The notes under the pieces are model-generated. The model was given only the letters and a program-made list of their open reading frames with translations. It made no database searches and was not told the DNA's origin. The position numbers were made by a program, and so were the translations under genes. A stretch of 64,000 nt of DNA from a virus (lineage: Duplodnaviria; Caudoviricetes): the IMG/VR virus record IMGVR_UViG_3300027969_002497, positions 1,034-65,033 of that record, one strand, 5' to 3'. Position 1 is the first letter of the stretch. Every line of letters starts with the position of its first letter. Positions 37,491 through 49,900 of this stretch are shown one piece after another.

Positions 37491-39110
37491 ATGGAATGGG
37501 ATGAAACAGGTTATAGCGAAGAGCCAATGGATGATTATGGCCTACCATTACAGCAAAGCTATGAAAATGCATTAATTCAACAAGCCGAGAATGAGCGGCG
37601 TGCCGCAGATCAAGCTCAAGCTGACTACATTTCTGCTACCCCAGAATATCGTGATTATGGCGATACCAGCGGTGTTGGTGCCGCAGGAACGTCTTACAAT
37701 TTTGAAGCAGGTGCAGGCGGCGGCTTGAAGAATTTGCTCAACAAGTTAACTAGAAATAAAGCTGGTCAGTTGGACTATGCCAAACTTGCAATGTTGCTGT
37801 ACGGTGCTCAGACATTAGCCAAGGGAAACCAACCAGCCCCTAAGCTTGGATTCCAAGGCGTTATTCCAACATCGACAGCCACTACCAACTTAGTTACAGC
37901 GCCCCCTCCCGGTCGTAAAGCAGGTGCTTACGGCATTAACTATGGTGGTGATGCTAAATTCACACCTATGGCGGAAGGCGGCTTAACCAACCTAGCCAGT
38001 GGCCGTTATTTACAAGGTGAAACCGATGGCATGGCCGATAAAATTCCCGCACAGATTGGACAAGACCAGCCTGCCGCGCTTAGCCATGGCGAGTTTGTTA
38101 TTCCTGCGGATGTCGTGTCTCATTTGGGTAACGGTAACTCTGATGCCGGCGCTAAGAAGCTGTACCAAATGATGGACAAAGTTCGTCAAGCACGTACAGG
38201 CGACAAGAAGCAGGGCAAGAAAATTAACCCAGACAAGTTTATGCCCGGTGGCTTGGCTCAGGCCTATGCAAATGGCGGTAGTGTGTTGAAGTTTGAGGGT
38301 GGTGGTGTTACCCCAACTAGCGGTGAGCAGACCATTTCCTCATACGCCGCCCCGTATGTCACCAACATGCTGTCTGAGGCAGAGGCGTTATCTAAAACGC
38401 CTTACCAAGCGTACACAGGTCAATTGACTGCCGGCCCATCAGCCTTGCAGACTAAAGTTTCTGAAGGCTTAGGTAAGGTCAACTTCCCCGGTAACCTTGG
38501 GCAAAGCTTTAGCGCCTCTGGTGCTCCAGCAATCCCGGCTGACGGCTCACAGCCGTCCTCCTCTGCGGGTGGTATTGCATCGCAGTACATGAATCCGTAC
38601 TTGCAGTCTGTGTTAACACCTCAACTGGCTGAACTTCGTAGGCAAGCTGAGATTACAAATCAGTCAGGTTTGGGTGCATTGACTAAGTCAGGCGCTTTTG
38701 GTGGTGGCCGTCAGGCCATCATGGAATCTGAAGCAGGCCGTAACCTCATGCAGGAAATGAACAAGACTGTAGGCCAAGGCTACTCTACCGCCTATGACAA
38801 GGCTATGGGTCAGTTCAACACCGAGCAAGGTCAGTCTAAGGATCTTATGAAGATGATGGCCGATCAAGGCATGGTTGACCGTAGTATGGATGCTGAACAG
38901 GTTGCAGCCGATAAAGCTCAATTTGAAGAGGCTAGGGCAAACCCTTATAAGCAACTGCAATTTAGGCAGTCTATGTTGGACAAGTTGCCAATTACAGCAA
39001 CCAACTACAACAGCGTGACACCTAGTATGTTGGAGACAATGTCTGGCAACTTAACTAATTTAGATGCAATGTTACGCAGACTTGGCCTTCTTGAAACACC
39101 TCCTAAGTAA
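37491..39110 (+). CDS. Putative internal virion/ejection protein
   Basis: DGMADKIPA...LSHGEFVIPADVV, YMNPY, GAFGGGRQ. Confidence 0.7.
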   Translation: MEWDETGYSEEPMDDYGLPLQQSYENALIQQAENERRAADQAQADYISATPEYRDYGDTSGVGAAGTSYNFEAGAGGGLKNLLNKLTRNKAGQLDYAKLAMLLYGAQTLAKGNQPAPKLGFQGVIPTSTATTNLVTAPPPGRKAGAYGINYGGDAKFTPMAEGGLTNLASGRYLQGETDGMADKIPAQIGQDQPAALSHGEFVIPADVVSHLGNGNSDAGAKKLYQMMDKVRQARTGDKKQGKKINPDKFMPGGLAQAYANGGSVLKFEGGGVTPTSGEQTISSYAAPYVTNMLSEAEALSKTPYQAYTGQLTAGPSALQTKVSEGLGKVNFPGNLGQSFSASGAPAIPADGSQPSSSAGGIASQYMNPYLQSVLTPQLAELRRQAEITNQSGLGALTKSGAFGGGRQAIMESEAGRNLMQEMNKTVGQGYSTAYDKAMGQFNTEQGQSKDLMKMMADQGMVDRSMDAEQVAADKAQFEEARANPYKQLQFRQSMLDKLPITATNYNSVTPSMLETMSGNLTNLDAMLRRLGLLETPPK

Positions 39111-39122
39111 TAAGGTTTAAAC

Positions 39123-40958
39123 ATGATACGTCCAAGCGTTAATCAAATTACCTCAGCTTACACGGGCCGCATGCCTGCGTTACAAGACCAAGTTGAGAAG
39201 GACAAGCAAGCCAACAACGGCATTCCGTCCGACCTGCGCAAGTTGCTTGCGTTGCAGGATTTGACATCTGATCAACAGCACATGGGCATTGATCAGGCAT
39301 TGCGGTCACCACAGAATCCCCCCACTGTTAGCCAGAGCTTGCAAGACCGTGCCAAGCAAATTTTGCAGGCCAGAATGTCACAGGCTCAGCAAAACAACGC
39401 TATTGCCCAGCAACAGCAACAGGCAATGATTAACCAAGGACGCCCCGGCCCTGTGCCTGAGGGCATTGCACAGCCTGCCCGTCAACCAGAAGGTATCGAC
39501 CAGTTAATGTCTAACGTGGGTGATTCCTACGCGAATGGTGGCATTGTTGCGTTCAGTGGCGAAGACTCTAGCTTTGTTCAAAGCATAAAAGCATTAAAAG
39601 ACAAAGTAGCGGGCGCTTTTACGGAAACTGACGAGGAAAAGCAAGCACGATTGTTAAAACAACGTTTGCAACAAGAGGGCGCACCTATTGGTTACTTTAC
39701 CAAAGGTGCAAGCGACTATGAGAAAAGCAGTGCAGTGCGGGATTTTATTATTGAAAATCCCGGCATTGTTAACAGCCCAGTGTTTAAAGCAGATCCTGCT
39801 GGCTATGTTACACGAGCTGCGGAAAACAAAAGAACCGCTAAACCTGCAACGGTTACACCTGAAGAAAATGCTGCTGAAGGCATGAGATTGATGAGCCGTG
39901 TTGATGCGGCAACACAGCCTCAAGCGGCCCCCGTTGATACTAAGCCGGCTCCCCCTGCCGCACCACCTAAACCGCAGATTACTAAGACTACATCACAACC
40001 TAGCATTGCTAACTTACCTACATTGCCACCTGAATTACCTGCACCCGCAGAAGGTTCTCCAAGGGCTATTTTAGGAAAAGGCATGACGTTAGATCCAGAC
40101 GCTGAAATGAACCGCATTCTGGCTGCTCGTGAGAAGTTAGTGGGCGCTCCTGATACATCGCAGTACCAAGCATTGATTGAAGAACTGCGTGGTCAGAAAG
40201 CCAAGCTCCAACAGAAGAAAGAGCCGGGCTTTGATAGCCTGATGGAGTACTTCGGTGAGATTGCCGCAGGCCCCACAGTAGGACGATCCGGTAAAGCTGG
40301 CGCTATGGCCGCTGAGCGTTTACGCTTACGTGAGCTTGAGAAAGAGAAGCAAGCCAATGCGCTGTCTGAACGCATGATTGAAGCCGCCCAGAAACAGCAA
40401 GACGCTATCTACGGCTACAAGAAGGAAGGCTTTGCCCTCAGTGAAACCGAGCGCGCTCGTGTGTTTAAAGAACGTTATGAGTCTGCTAAGGCCGCTGGTG
40501 AGTCTGATGACCGCGCTAGAACATTAGCTCAGCAGGCTGTGTTGGAGCGTGAACGTAATGCCGCCACAGTTAAGGCTGCTGGCATTAGTGCTGGTGCCCG
40601 TCAAGGTCAATTGATGGACATTGCTCAAGCCCTAATAAAAGACGATAAGACTGGCAAGTTAGATTTGAAAGCCGCTTTAGACAAAGCCGCTCGTATTGTT
40701 GGAGTGACTCAACTGGCCGGCCAAGATGTTCGTTCTATCAAGGACAAAGAGGAGCGAATTGCCAAACTTGAAGAGCGGTATCCACTGTGGAGCCGAACAG
40801 GCCCTAGCAAAGGTGCTATTGCTGCTAGAAAGGAATTTGAAGAAGGCATGGCTAGAATTGAAGCCTCCTATAGCGGTGCGGGCGGAGCTGGTTTAAACTC
40901 TTTACCAGCCACACAAGCTGGAGTTAAAATTCTCAGCATTGAACCATCACCAACATAA
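39123..40958 (+). CDS. Putative internal virion/ejection protein
   Basis: YANGGIVAF motif, Pro-rich linker, coiled coils. Confidence 0.65.
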   Translation: MIRPSVNQITSAYTGRMPALQDQVEKDKQANNGIPSDLRKLLALQDLTSDQQHMGIDQALRSPQNPPTVSQSLQDRAKQILQARMSQAQQNNAIAQQQQQAMINQGRPGPVPEGIAQPARQPEGIDQLMSNVGDSYANGGIVAFSGEDSSFVQSIKALKDKVAGAFTETDEEKQARLLKQRLQQEGAPIGYFTKGASDYEKSSAVRDFIIENPGIVNSPVFKADPAGYVTRAAENKRTAKPATVTPEENAAEGMRLMSRVDAATQPQAAPVDTKPAPPAAPPKPQITKTTSQPSIANLPTLPPELPAPAEGSPRAILGKGMTLDPDAEMNRILAAREKLVGAPDTSQYQALIEELRGQKAKLQQKKEPGFDSLMEYFGEIAAGPTVGRSGKAGAMAAERLRLRELEKEKQANALSERMIEAAQKQQDAIYGYKKEGFALSETERARVFKERYESAKAAGESDDRARTLAQQAVLERERNAATVKAAGISAGARQGQLMDIAQALIKDDKTGKLDLKAALDKAARIVGVTQLAGQDVRSIKDKEERIAKLEERYPLWSRTGPSKGAIAARKEFEEGMARIEASYSGAGGAGLNSLPATQAGVKILSIEPSPT

Positions 40959-40969
40959 GGTAAGTTGCC

Positions 40970-43900
40970 ATGTCGATAGCTCGTGTTCAGTTGCCGGACG
41001 GCAGGATTGCTACTGTTGAAATCCCAGACGGACTGTCAATAGAACAAGCACAGACATTACTTAATAAGCAATTTGCTCCTAAACCAGAAGAGCCCGCAAT
41101 TGGGCCTGCTGGTTTCTCATTAAAAGATACAGCCCGTACCGCTCAGCAGGGTCTGTATGGTGGACTGCAATCTTTAACAGACATATTTGGCGCTGGTAAC
41201 GTAGCTTCCAAAGAGCTTACAGAGCTTCAGCAAGAAGCCGCAGGCAAAATGTCAGAAGAGCGTAAGGCTGAGATTGCCCGACGTGAACTGCTTAAAAAGA
41301 AAGCTGAAGGCGATACTTGGGAAGAAATTAAAGCCACTGTGGGTGGCTTTACGGAAGCACCGTTGCAGACGTCCATTGGTGCATTAGCGTCTAGCGTACC
41401 AATCATTGCCAGCGCTTTCCTGCCCGGTGGACAGCCTGCCGCCGCCGCTGGAGCCGCAGGCCGTATAGGGCTGGGTGCAAGAGCCTTAGCCGCCGCTAAA
41501 ACACCAGCCGCAGGCATCGGTGCTTTGATGGGTGTCGGTGGTCAGAAAGGCCAAGACTACCAAGCAGTTAAAGAAGCATTGCTTGCAAAGAATTTTTCTG
41601 AAGCAGACGCAGAAAGACTCGCACAAGAAGTAAGTGGTTACTCACTTGAGAATGCTCCACGTCAATTGGCATCTGGTTTGATGGGTGGCTTAGAGGGTGT
41701 GACGGGTATCGAAGGCTTGCTTGGCCGTGCCGGCAGACTCGGTAAAGCGTTGCCTAAAGTTGAGAAGGCTGTTGATTTGCCTGAGCCAACATTTGGTCAA
41801 GCACTGCGTAAGAACATTCTTGGTGAGGCTGCACCTGAAGCAGCACAGGCCGCTACAGGGCAAGTTGGCACTAACATCGCAATGAATCAGGCCGGTATCC
41901 CAACTGACCTGACATCAGGTGTTGCGGCACAAGTCATCCATGATGCACTGGTCGGTGGAACATTAGGAGCGGCTACATCACCACTCAAGATGCGTGAGAT
42001 GCGTCAAGAGTATGTCAACGATGAGATTGCCCGTAAGCGTGAGGAAGACGCAAAGATTGCGGAAGGCATTAAGAAAGCCGCCGCACAGCGTGAGCAAACT
42101 AAACAGCAGATTGTTGGTGATCAGCCTTTGCTGTTAGCAGGCCCTAGCCAAGAGCTTGAGCCTACTAGAGAAGTTCCTCCTCTTCAAAATCCCATTGGCA
42201 ACCTAAGGCCTGAAGAGCTAGGCCCTGAAGTTACCAGCTACATTAATCAATACCGCAAAGCAAACAATCTTCCGCGTTTAAACACGTACTCTATCGAGGA
42301 CGTCAAAGATGCAATGACTGCGGTCAACCCAGAAGGTGAGAAAGCCGCTCTGGATTCCATCCTTGCCGCCAAGACTGGTTACACCGGTCAACAGACCATC
42401 ACAGCCAAGGATGTGCAGAATGCCGCGATTGAAAAGAACGTTGCTACTGGAACCAAAGGGTTCAGCGATTTCTTAGCCCGGACAACCGGTGTAAACAGCC
42501 TCGACCAGATGTCTGAGCCGCAGCTGTACGCTGCGTTTAAAGCACTGGCTGACATGCCAGCAAACACAACCGGGCAGCAGATTGTTTTACCAGAAGGCAC
42601 TAACGCATCACGGTTTACACAGAAACAATACGACGGCGCAGTTAAATACGTTGGTCTGACGTTCCAAGAAAACAATGGCAAGCCTTTGTCTATTGAAACC
42701 ATTTTGGCTGACATCAAGGACTCAACCAATCTAGCAACTGACCGCGATGCCAAGGCGTTGTTGGATACAGCGATTAACAATGGCGACCTTGAGAAGAGCC
42801 AGCAGGTTGTTTACCGCACGTTTAAACCAGATACAGACCAGCTGGTAGCGACGTACCCAACACGTGAGCGTGCTGAAGCAGCAGCCCAGAAGCAACGTTT
42901 AAATGTACGTGAGGCTACCCTTACCCAAGTTGCCCCTAAGGCTCCTGTTACACCTCCAAAGGCTCCAAGAGCAGGCCTGCCTGCCGGCTATGACATTACA
43001 GAGCGTCAATTCAAAGAAGGTGAACAGCCTGAGGGCTACCAGATTATTTCAGAGGAAGGCGGCAAGCCATTCCCAACAGTCCTAAACCAAGCAGAAGTGC
43101 AGGGGAAGATTGACCAGCTTTCAACAGATCGCAGAGAAATTGCTGACAACAAACTTCAAGAGGTTCTGAAGTACGAGCAAACAGTCAATGAAGGCAAGCG
43201 TGAGCTTGAGAAGATGGAAGCGGCTGGTGAGTTTGACACTGACGCATACAAACAGAAGAAAGCCCGTCAAGCGGCCAAGGAAGACCTCCTAGGTAAGCGC
43301 ATTGAAACCCTCTACAAAGAGATTACGTCACTGACAGCGCCTTTGAAGTCCAAGCCTGTAGGTTCCAAGGCTATAGCCCGTAAAGGCTTTACGGTCACCA
43401 AGGAAGGTAAGGAGTCCGGTACATTCCCCACCCGTGAAGCGGCTGAGGAAAGCATTCTTGCGGGGCTGTCTGATGAGGCATTAGATGCCTTGGTATCTGA
43501 TAAGAAGTTTGGTGGCCTAGCTAACCGTGCGGCGGCTGAACAGAACCGTCGCCGTAGTGCTCCAGCTACCAAAGGTAAAAAGGTTTCTGAAGTACTTAAA
43601 GACCTTGAGTCTGGCCCTCCAATCGCTGAGACACCTGAGCTCCTAGCGAAGACTAAGCCTTTACGTGACATGCTCAACCGCTTTGGTTTGGGTGATGTTG
43701 CCTTAAAGATTGTCAAAGCCATTGAGAACAAAGCCAATGGTTCTTATGCCGGTAAAGTTATTGAGTTGGTTCTTGATTCCAAGCAACCCATACGCACCCT
43801 ACGCCATGAGTCATTGCATGCTTTGAAAGAACTCGGCTTCTTCACTGACGCGCAGTGGAAGTCGCTGGAGAAGATGGCCCGCAACACGTGGAAGCAAAAA

Positions 43901-46900
43901 TACCTTGGCGGTTCTACAGCCCTGCTCAAAGACGGTACAACAGGCACACGCCTGCAAGCCTACGAGGAGATGGGTCTGTCGGAGGCTGACATCCTAGAAG
44001 AAGCCATCGCTGATGCCTTTGGTGACTTTGATGTAAACAAAGCTCCTCCCGGAATGCTGACTGCGCTGCTGAACAAAATGCGTGGTTTCTTTGAAAGTTT
44101 AAACAACTACTTAGAAGGCCGTGGCTTTGAGAATTCACAGGACATCTTTGGTGCTGTTGAGAAGGGCCAGCTAAAAGCCGGCCAAGCTCAGGCCGGCGGT
44201 AAGAAGCTTAGTGTGCAAGCGGCTGAGGAAGGTGAACCTGTTAAGAAGGTTGACCCTAACGACGTTAGCAACATTGTTAACAACAGCCCGTACAAAGACG
44301 CAGGCATTAATGTATTGAACTCACAGATTGAAAAAACTTCTAAACCATTGGAAGTCGATGATGTGGGGGTATTGTTTGACAGCGCCTACAAGGCAGAGTT
44401 TGGCAAACAAGGTGATTGGCGCAACCCCGCTGACTTTAAACGAGCCGTTGTTCAGGCGGTTGATGAGTTACAAGTTCAGTTGCAACAGGCTAAATCTGGC
44501 CTAGACTGGTACGACGAAGATATTGCCAAAGCTTTTGAATTAACTCAGCGTTCTATACCCAGTTTAAAGAAGCCTGAAAAACGTGCTTTGTTCTCAGTGA
44601 TTGCTGGGATTATGTCTCCTAGCACCAACGCCCGAGACAACTGGGTCATTGCCGCGCAGGCCTATCAGCACTACGAAAAAACTGGTGTTCTTCCCGGAAC
44701 TAACCCTGCAACAGGTGGCCTGTGGATGGGCGGTTTGGAATCAGCAAACAAGAAAAAACAGTTAGACATGCTTAACGCAATGTTGCAACCTAAGTCCAAA
44801 GGTGGTTTGGGTGAAAAGGGTGCTGTTGAATGGTTGCAGGGTAGCCACACAGTTGCAGACATTACCAAGTTGCGAGCACAATACGGTGGCATGGGTAAGT
44901 CTAATGTTGGCGGAAAAGCAACAGATGTTCTGCCCGGCTTTACCGCCTTTGGCCCCAAGGTTGGTCCATTTGTAATGAATATAAATGGCATTCATGAGGT
45001 CACAGTTGATGTGTGGATGACACGCACATTCAACAGATATTTTGGACAGATGATGGGGCCTGATGGTAAGATGGTTCGTGCCCCAACAGAGCCACAGCGT
45101 GTTGCAATTAAAAATCTTGCAGTGTTAGCGGCACAGCAACTGGGCATTAAACCGTATCAGGTGCAGTCTGTTCTTTGGTTCATGGAACAGCAGATATTTA
45201 ACAAGCTTGGAACAGGAGCAAAGAGCTATGGCTTCAGCGACGGCGCAGTCAAATTTAGCGAAACGCAAGGCGGAGTTGGTGGAGCAAAAGTGCCTCCTGC
45301 AAACAGCGGCTCTAATGCGGTTGCGAACCAACCAACCGGACAGCAAGCTGGACGAGCTGGCGTTCAAGCGGGTCAACCAACAACTAGAACAACTCAGCAA
45401 GGAGTAGACAATGCAACAGGACGCAAACTTCCCGTTGGACAAACTGCCGTTCGATCCGGCACAGGAGGCCGGAAAAAGCTCTCCGTCCAAGCCGCTGAGG
45501 AGGGACAGCCCGAATCAGCCGGAGACCGAAGAGGACGGAATCAGGGCAGAGGCCTTACGCCGCTTGCAGGTGCGCCGATTATTTCAGGGGCAACGGGGCC
45601 AGACCCAAGGATAGTCCAAGTCGCAGAGGACTACGCAAAGCAGTATGAAATTTCATACCGCAGGCAAGCAGTCTATGCTGAAATTGATGAGGATTTTTCC
45701 AAGCTAATCGCTGATGCCTATGAGGCGATGCCTCATGCCCCACAGGATCCTAAGGTCAAAGAGGCCTACCAAGATCTGATGCGACAAACTAGGAATCAAT
45801 ATGATGCCTTGGTTGACGCGGGGTATTCCTTTACATTCTTTGACAGCAACACCGACCCGTACGCGGGCAACCCGTTTAACGCAATGCGTGACTTGCGTCA
45901 AAACCAACAGATGGCTGTGTATGGAACCTATGATGGTTACGGCACTGACGGCATTACTGGAGCAGCCGTTGAAGACAACCCTATGTTGGAAGATACCGGT
46001 CTGCGTTGGCCTGACCAAGACGGTGTGGAGCATATGGTTACAGCTAACGATCTGTTCCGCGCTGTGCATGATGCCTTTGGTCATGGTTTAGAAGGGGCAG
46101 GCTTCCGCGCCCAAGGTGAAGAGAATGCATGGCAAGCACACGCACGTTTGTTTACAGGCCCTGCTGTGGGGGCTATTACTAGTGAAACTAGAGGGCAAAA
46201 CAGTTGGCTTAACTACGGCCCATACGGTGAAAAGAACCGTACCGCCAAACTTGAAGATACTGTTTTTGCTGAGCAAAAAACTGGGCTGTTGCCTCCTTGG
46301 ACATGGCAAGATAGGCTTGTTGATGACGAAGGCTTGGTGCTGGGTGTTCAACAACCTGACGCAATCAGCATTAAAGGTTTGCATTACGGCAAAGCCCGTG
46401 TAGCAGAACTTGACTCATCTAAATACGGTACAGGTCTTCGTGGTGCTGAGCGTCGCAGGCTTGAGCAAACTGATGATGAACGCATTAAAAAGCGTGTGTA
46501 TTTTTACGTTCAAAAGCCAGACGGCTCAACACCATACCCAGAGTCCGGGGTGGGTCCATACGTTTACACACAACAATTTGACAATGTGCTGGGTTCCGGC
46601 CCAACCATGAGCCGTTTATTTAACGAAGCCAATGGCGACTCCAACAACTTTGAGAGCTTAGTGGTAGACGCTGGCTACGATGGCTACGCTGTGCCATCTA
46701 TGGGCATGATGGTTATTTTGAACCACAACACCCCAGTCAAGTACAAAGGCACACGGTCTGAGTTAACAGACAATCAGAAAAAATTCAGTTTAAGTGAAGC
46801 CCCGCCAAATTCTCTTTTAACAAAGAGGATGAGTAATATCGGTATTAAATCTACCGATGATTTCTGGAAGCGCATTCAAAATGTGATGATTGGAACTGGA

Positions 46901-49900
46901 TCTAGAAACCCATCATTGGGCGCGGCACTTGATACCACCAGTACTTCTGATCAAGTAAAACAAGCAATTTCTGTGTGGAAACAAGATGTTGCAGCATCCG
47001 GCATTCAAAGCTATTTGCAAAGGTTTAGGATACAAGGTGCAGTACCTGAGCTTGATGATGTGATTGCAGGCCCACCATCGGTGAAAAAAATGCTCCTTGA
47101 AGCTGGCATAAGGCCTACATTAGGGAACGCTATAGCCGCATACAACTCATTGCCACAAAGTGCTGTTAATGATGTGCGCTACAGCCTCCGTGAAGCGCCA
47201 GACACACCTGAGTTTAAACGCTTCTTTGGCCGCAGCGGATTTATCAACAGCGCTGGCGAACCAATGACGATGTATCACGCAACTGATGCAGACATCACTG
47301 AGTTCCGAAGCTCTGAAGACGGCAAGCTGGGCGCTGGCATTTACATGTCATCAGTTCCAGACTATGTCACCCAGTACGCCCCCGAAGGCAACGTGATGCC
47401 TTTGTACGCTAGTGCTCAGAATCCATTCATTCTGAACATCAGCGGTGATGCAATTAAAACCTTGTCAGAAACTCGCAGAGCTTATGGCATGGGTATCGGC
47501 CAACAGATGGAAGCCGCAGTCTCTTTGCTGACGCAAGGTAAAAAGCGTTTAAAGGATCTTTCAGGCCAGCAGGTACAGAACTTGTTTAAACGCAACGGTT
47601 ACGATGGCATTCTGGCTCGTGACGACGCCGGGAACATCATCGAAGCTAACGTGTTTAAACCAGAGCAGGTCAAGTCTGCGACCGGTAACGTTGGAACTTA
47701 CAGTCCAAAGAGCAAAGACATCCGTTACAGCTTGCGTGATGCAACCGACATGTTTGCCGGCAAAGAACTTGAGAAAGCTTCCAAGACTGAGTACAAAGGC
47801 CGTTACAAGCTAGTCAACATGGACATTGATGACTTTATGAAGTTGTCAAAGGTGGCTGGTCAAGATGCCGGAGCCCAAAGCAGGGCTGATGCAAGGGTAC
47901 AAGCCGGTACACCATTTACCACCGTGCCTCATTTGTACGTAGATCCCGATGGTACTGACTTGCGTGTTACCGGACATGACGGTAGACACCGCGCACGTGC
48001 TTTGAAGAAGGCCGGCTACGATACCATGCCAGTCGAATTGCGTAGCATGATTCGTTGGTCTGAACAAATTGACCCTGAAAGTTCTGATTACCGTGAAAAC
48101 TGGCCTGAGCGTATTTATGCTGAGGAAGGCGCTCTGCGTGAAGGTGCATCTATTGAAATGCCAGTCACCCGCGAGCAGTCTCCTTTAAACTACCAAGCGC
48201 CAACTAAGAAGTTCAGCGTCCGTAGCGTAGAAGATGCGATCAAGGCTATGCCTAACGGTGACAAGATCCACCAAGCGGTTGCCGGTAAGACTACCGCCCG
48301 TGAAGAGAAAAGCATTGCCCGCCGCATTCTGGATGCTTTTGCAGGCGACAGCATTGCCTCACTGCGTCAGCAAGCATTGAACCGCTACAACCAACTGAGC
48401 GTCTATGACAAGCGTCTGGCCGACCAAATGGGTGGTAAAGCGTTGCTTGCAGACTCCAGTGCTGAAGCCGCTGCTTTGCTTTCCGACACTGCGTCCGGTG
48501 TGGCTGCCGCCGCATTTGGTGTAAACAACATTGGCGGTGCGCCGGTCTACAGAAACGGTGTAACGGTCGTTGACAACTTTGACGGTAAAGTCAAAGGACT
48601 CATGGACATCCTCATGCCATTGGCTGAGTTGAAAGACCCATTTGCCTACCGCGCATTCCAGTTCTATGCCGCGTCTAAACGGGGCTCACGCTTTGAAGCC
48701 GACGGCAGAGAGAAACTGTTTGACAAAGACGACCTTGCCTATGCAGCGCAGTTGGAAGATCAGTACCCAATGTTTAAACAGGTGCACGCAGACTGGATCA
48801 CATACAACAACAAGCTCGTAGATTACATGGTCGCTACTGGCATCATCAGCAAAGGCAAGGCCGCTGAGTTTACCAAGTACGCTGATTACATTCCGTTCTA
48901 CCGTCAGCTAGAAGGTGAGGACACCATCGGCCCCAAGGTCTTCCAAAGCATCTCAGGTGTCAAGGCCCCTAAAAAACTAAAAGGGGATACTGACGCACCG
49001 CTTGCCGACTTCATGGAAACCATTGTTCGCAACACCCAGTCGATCATCCAAGCCGGCATGAAGAACACTGCCGGCCAGAAGGCGGTTGATGTTGCCCTGC
49101 AGTTAGGTGATGCTGAGTTACTGGAAAAACAGTCTAGCGCTCCCGGAACTGTGACCATCATGCGTGATGGTGAATACAAGTCATACGCAGTTGCTGATGA
49201 ACTGTTCATAAACTCAGTTAAGAGTTTAAACATGCCAGATGTGAAGCTCTGGGGCATCTTTGCTGGCCCGGCTGGTTTACTGCGTAGCATGGTTACCAAA
49301 GACCCCGGCTTTATGTTAGCCAACTTGTTGCGTGACTCCATGTCAGCCTACGTCACTAGCGGTGTCAAAATGACTCCTATTGCTGACACTGTGGCTAACT
49401 TTGGCCGCGCTCTTGGTGGTAAAGACCCAACATACCAAGCACTGGTAAAAGCCGGTATCTTGGGTGGATACGACTACGCCCAAGGTGTTGAGAAGAGCGG
49501 TGCGCAGCTTACCGCTGACCTACGTAAGCGTACAGGCAACCAAACACTGAGTGAGAGGGCTCAGGACGGCTTTGGCTTGTGGAGCACCTTAGAAAAGGGA
49601 ACCTCTGCGTCTGATGCCGCTACCCGTATGGCTGTTTACAACCGTGTCCTTGAGGACACAGGCAATGAAGCTGAGGCGATCTTCCGCGCCCTTGAGGTGA
49701 TGAACTTTAACCGCAAGGGTGCAAGCCCTATTGTGCGTTTGTTGACTGCCGCCATTCCGTTCCTGAACGCCCGTATGCAGGGCTTGGATGTGTTCTACCG
49801 TGCAGGCATTCAGCCGTTCTTAGACAAGAACCCAACCGACCGCGCTAAGGCTGTACAGAAGGCATTCTTCACACGGGGCATGTACCTGACATCACTGAGC

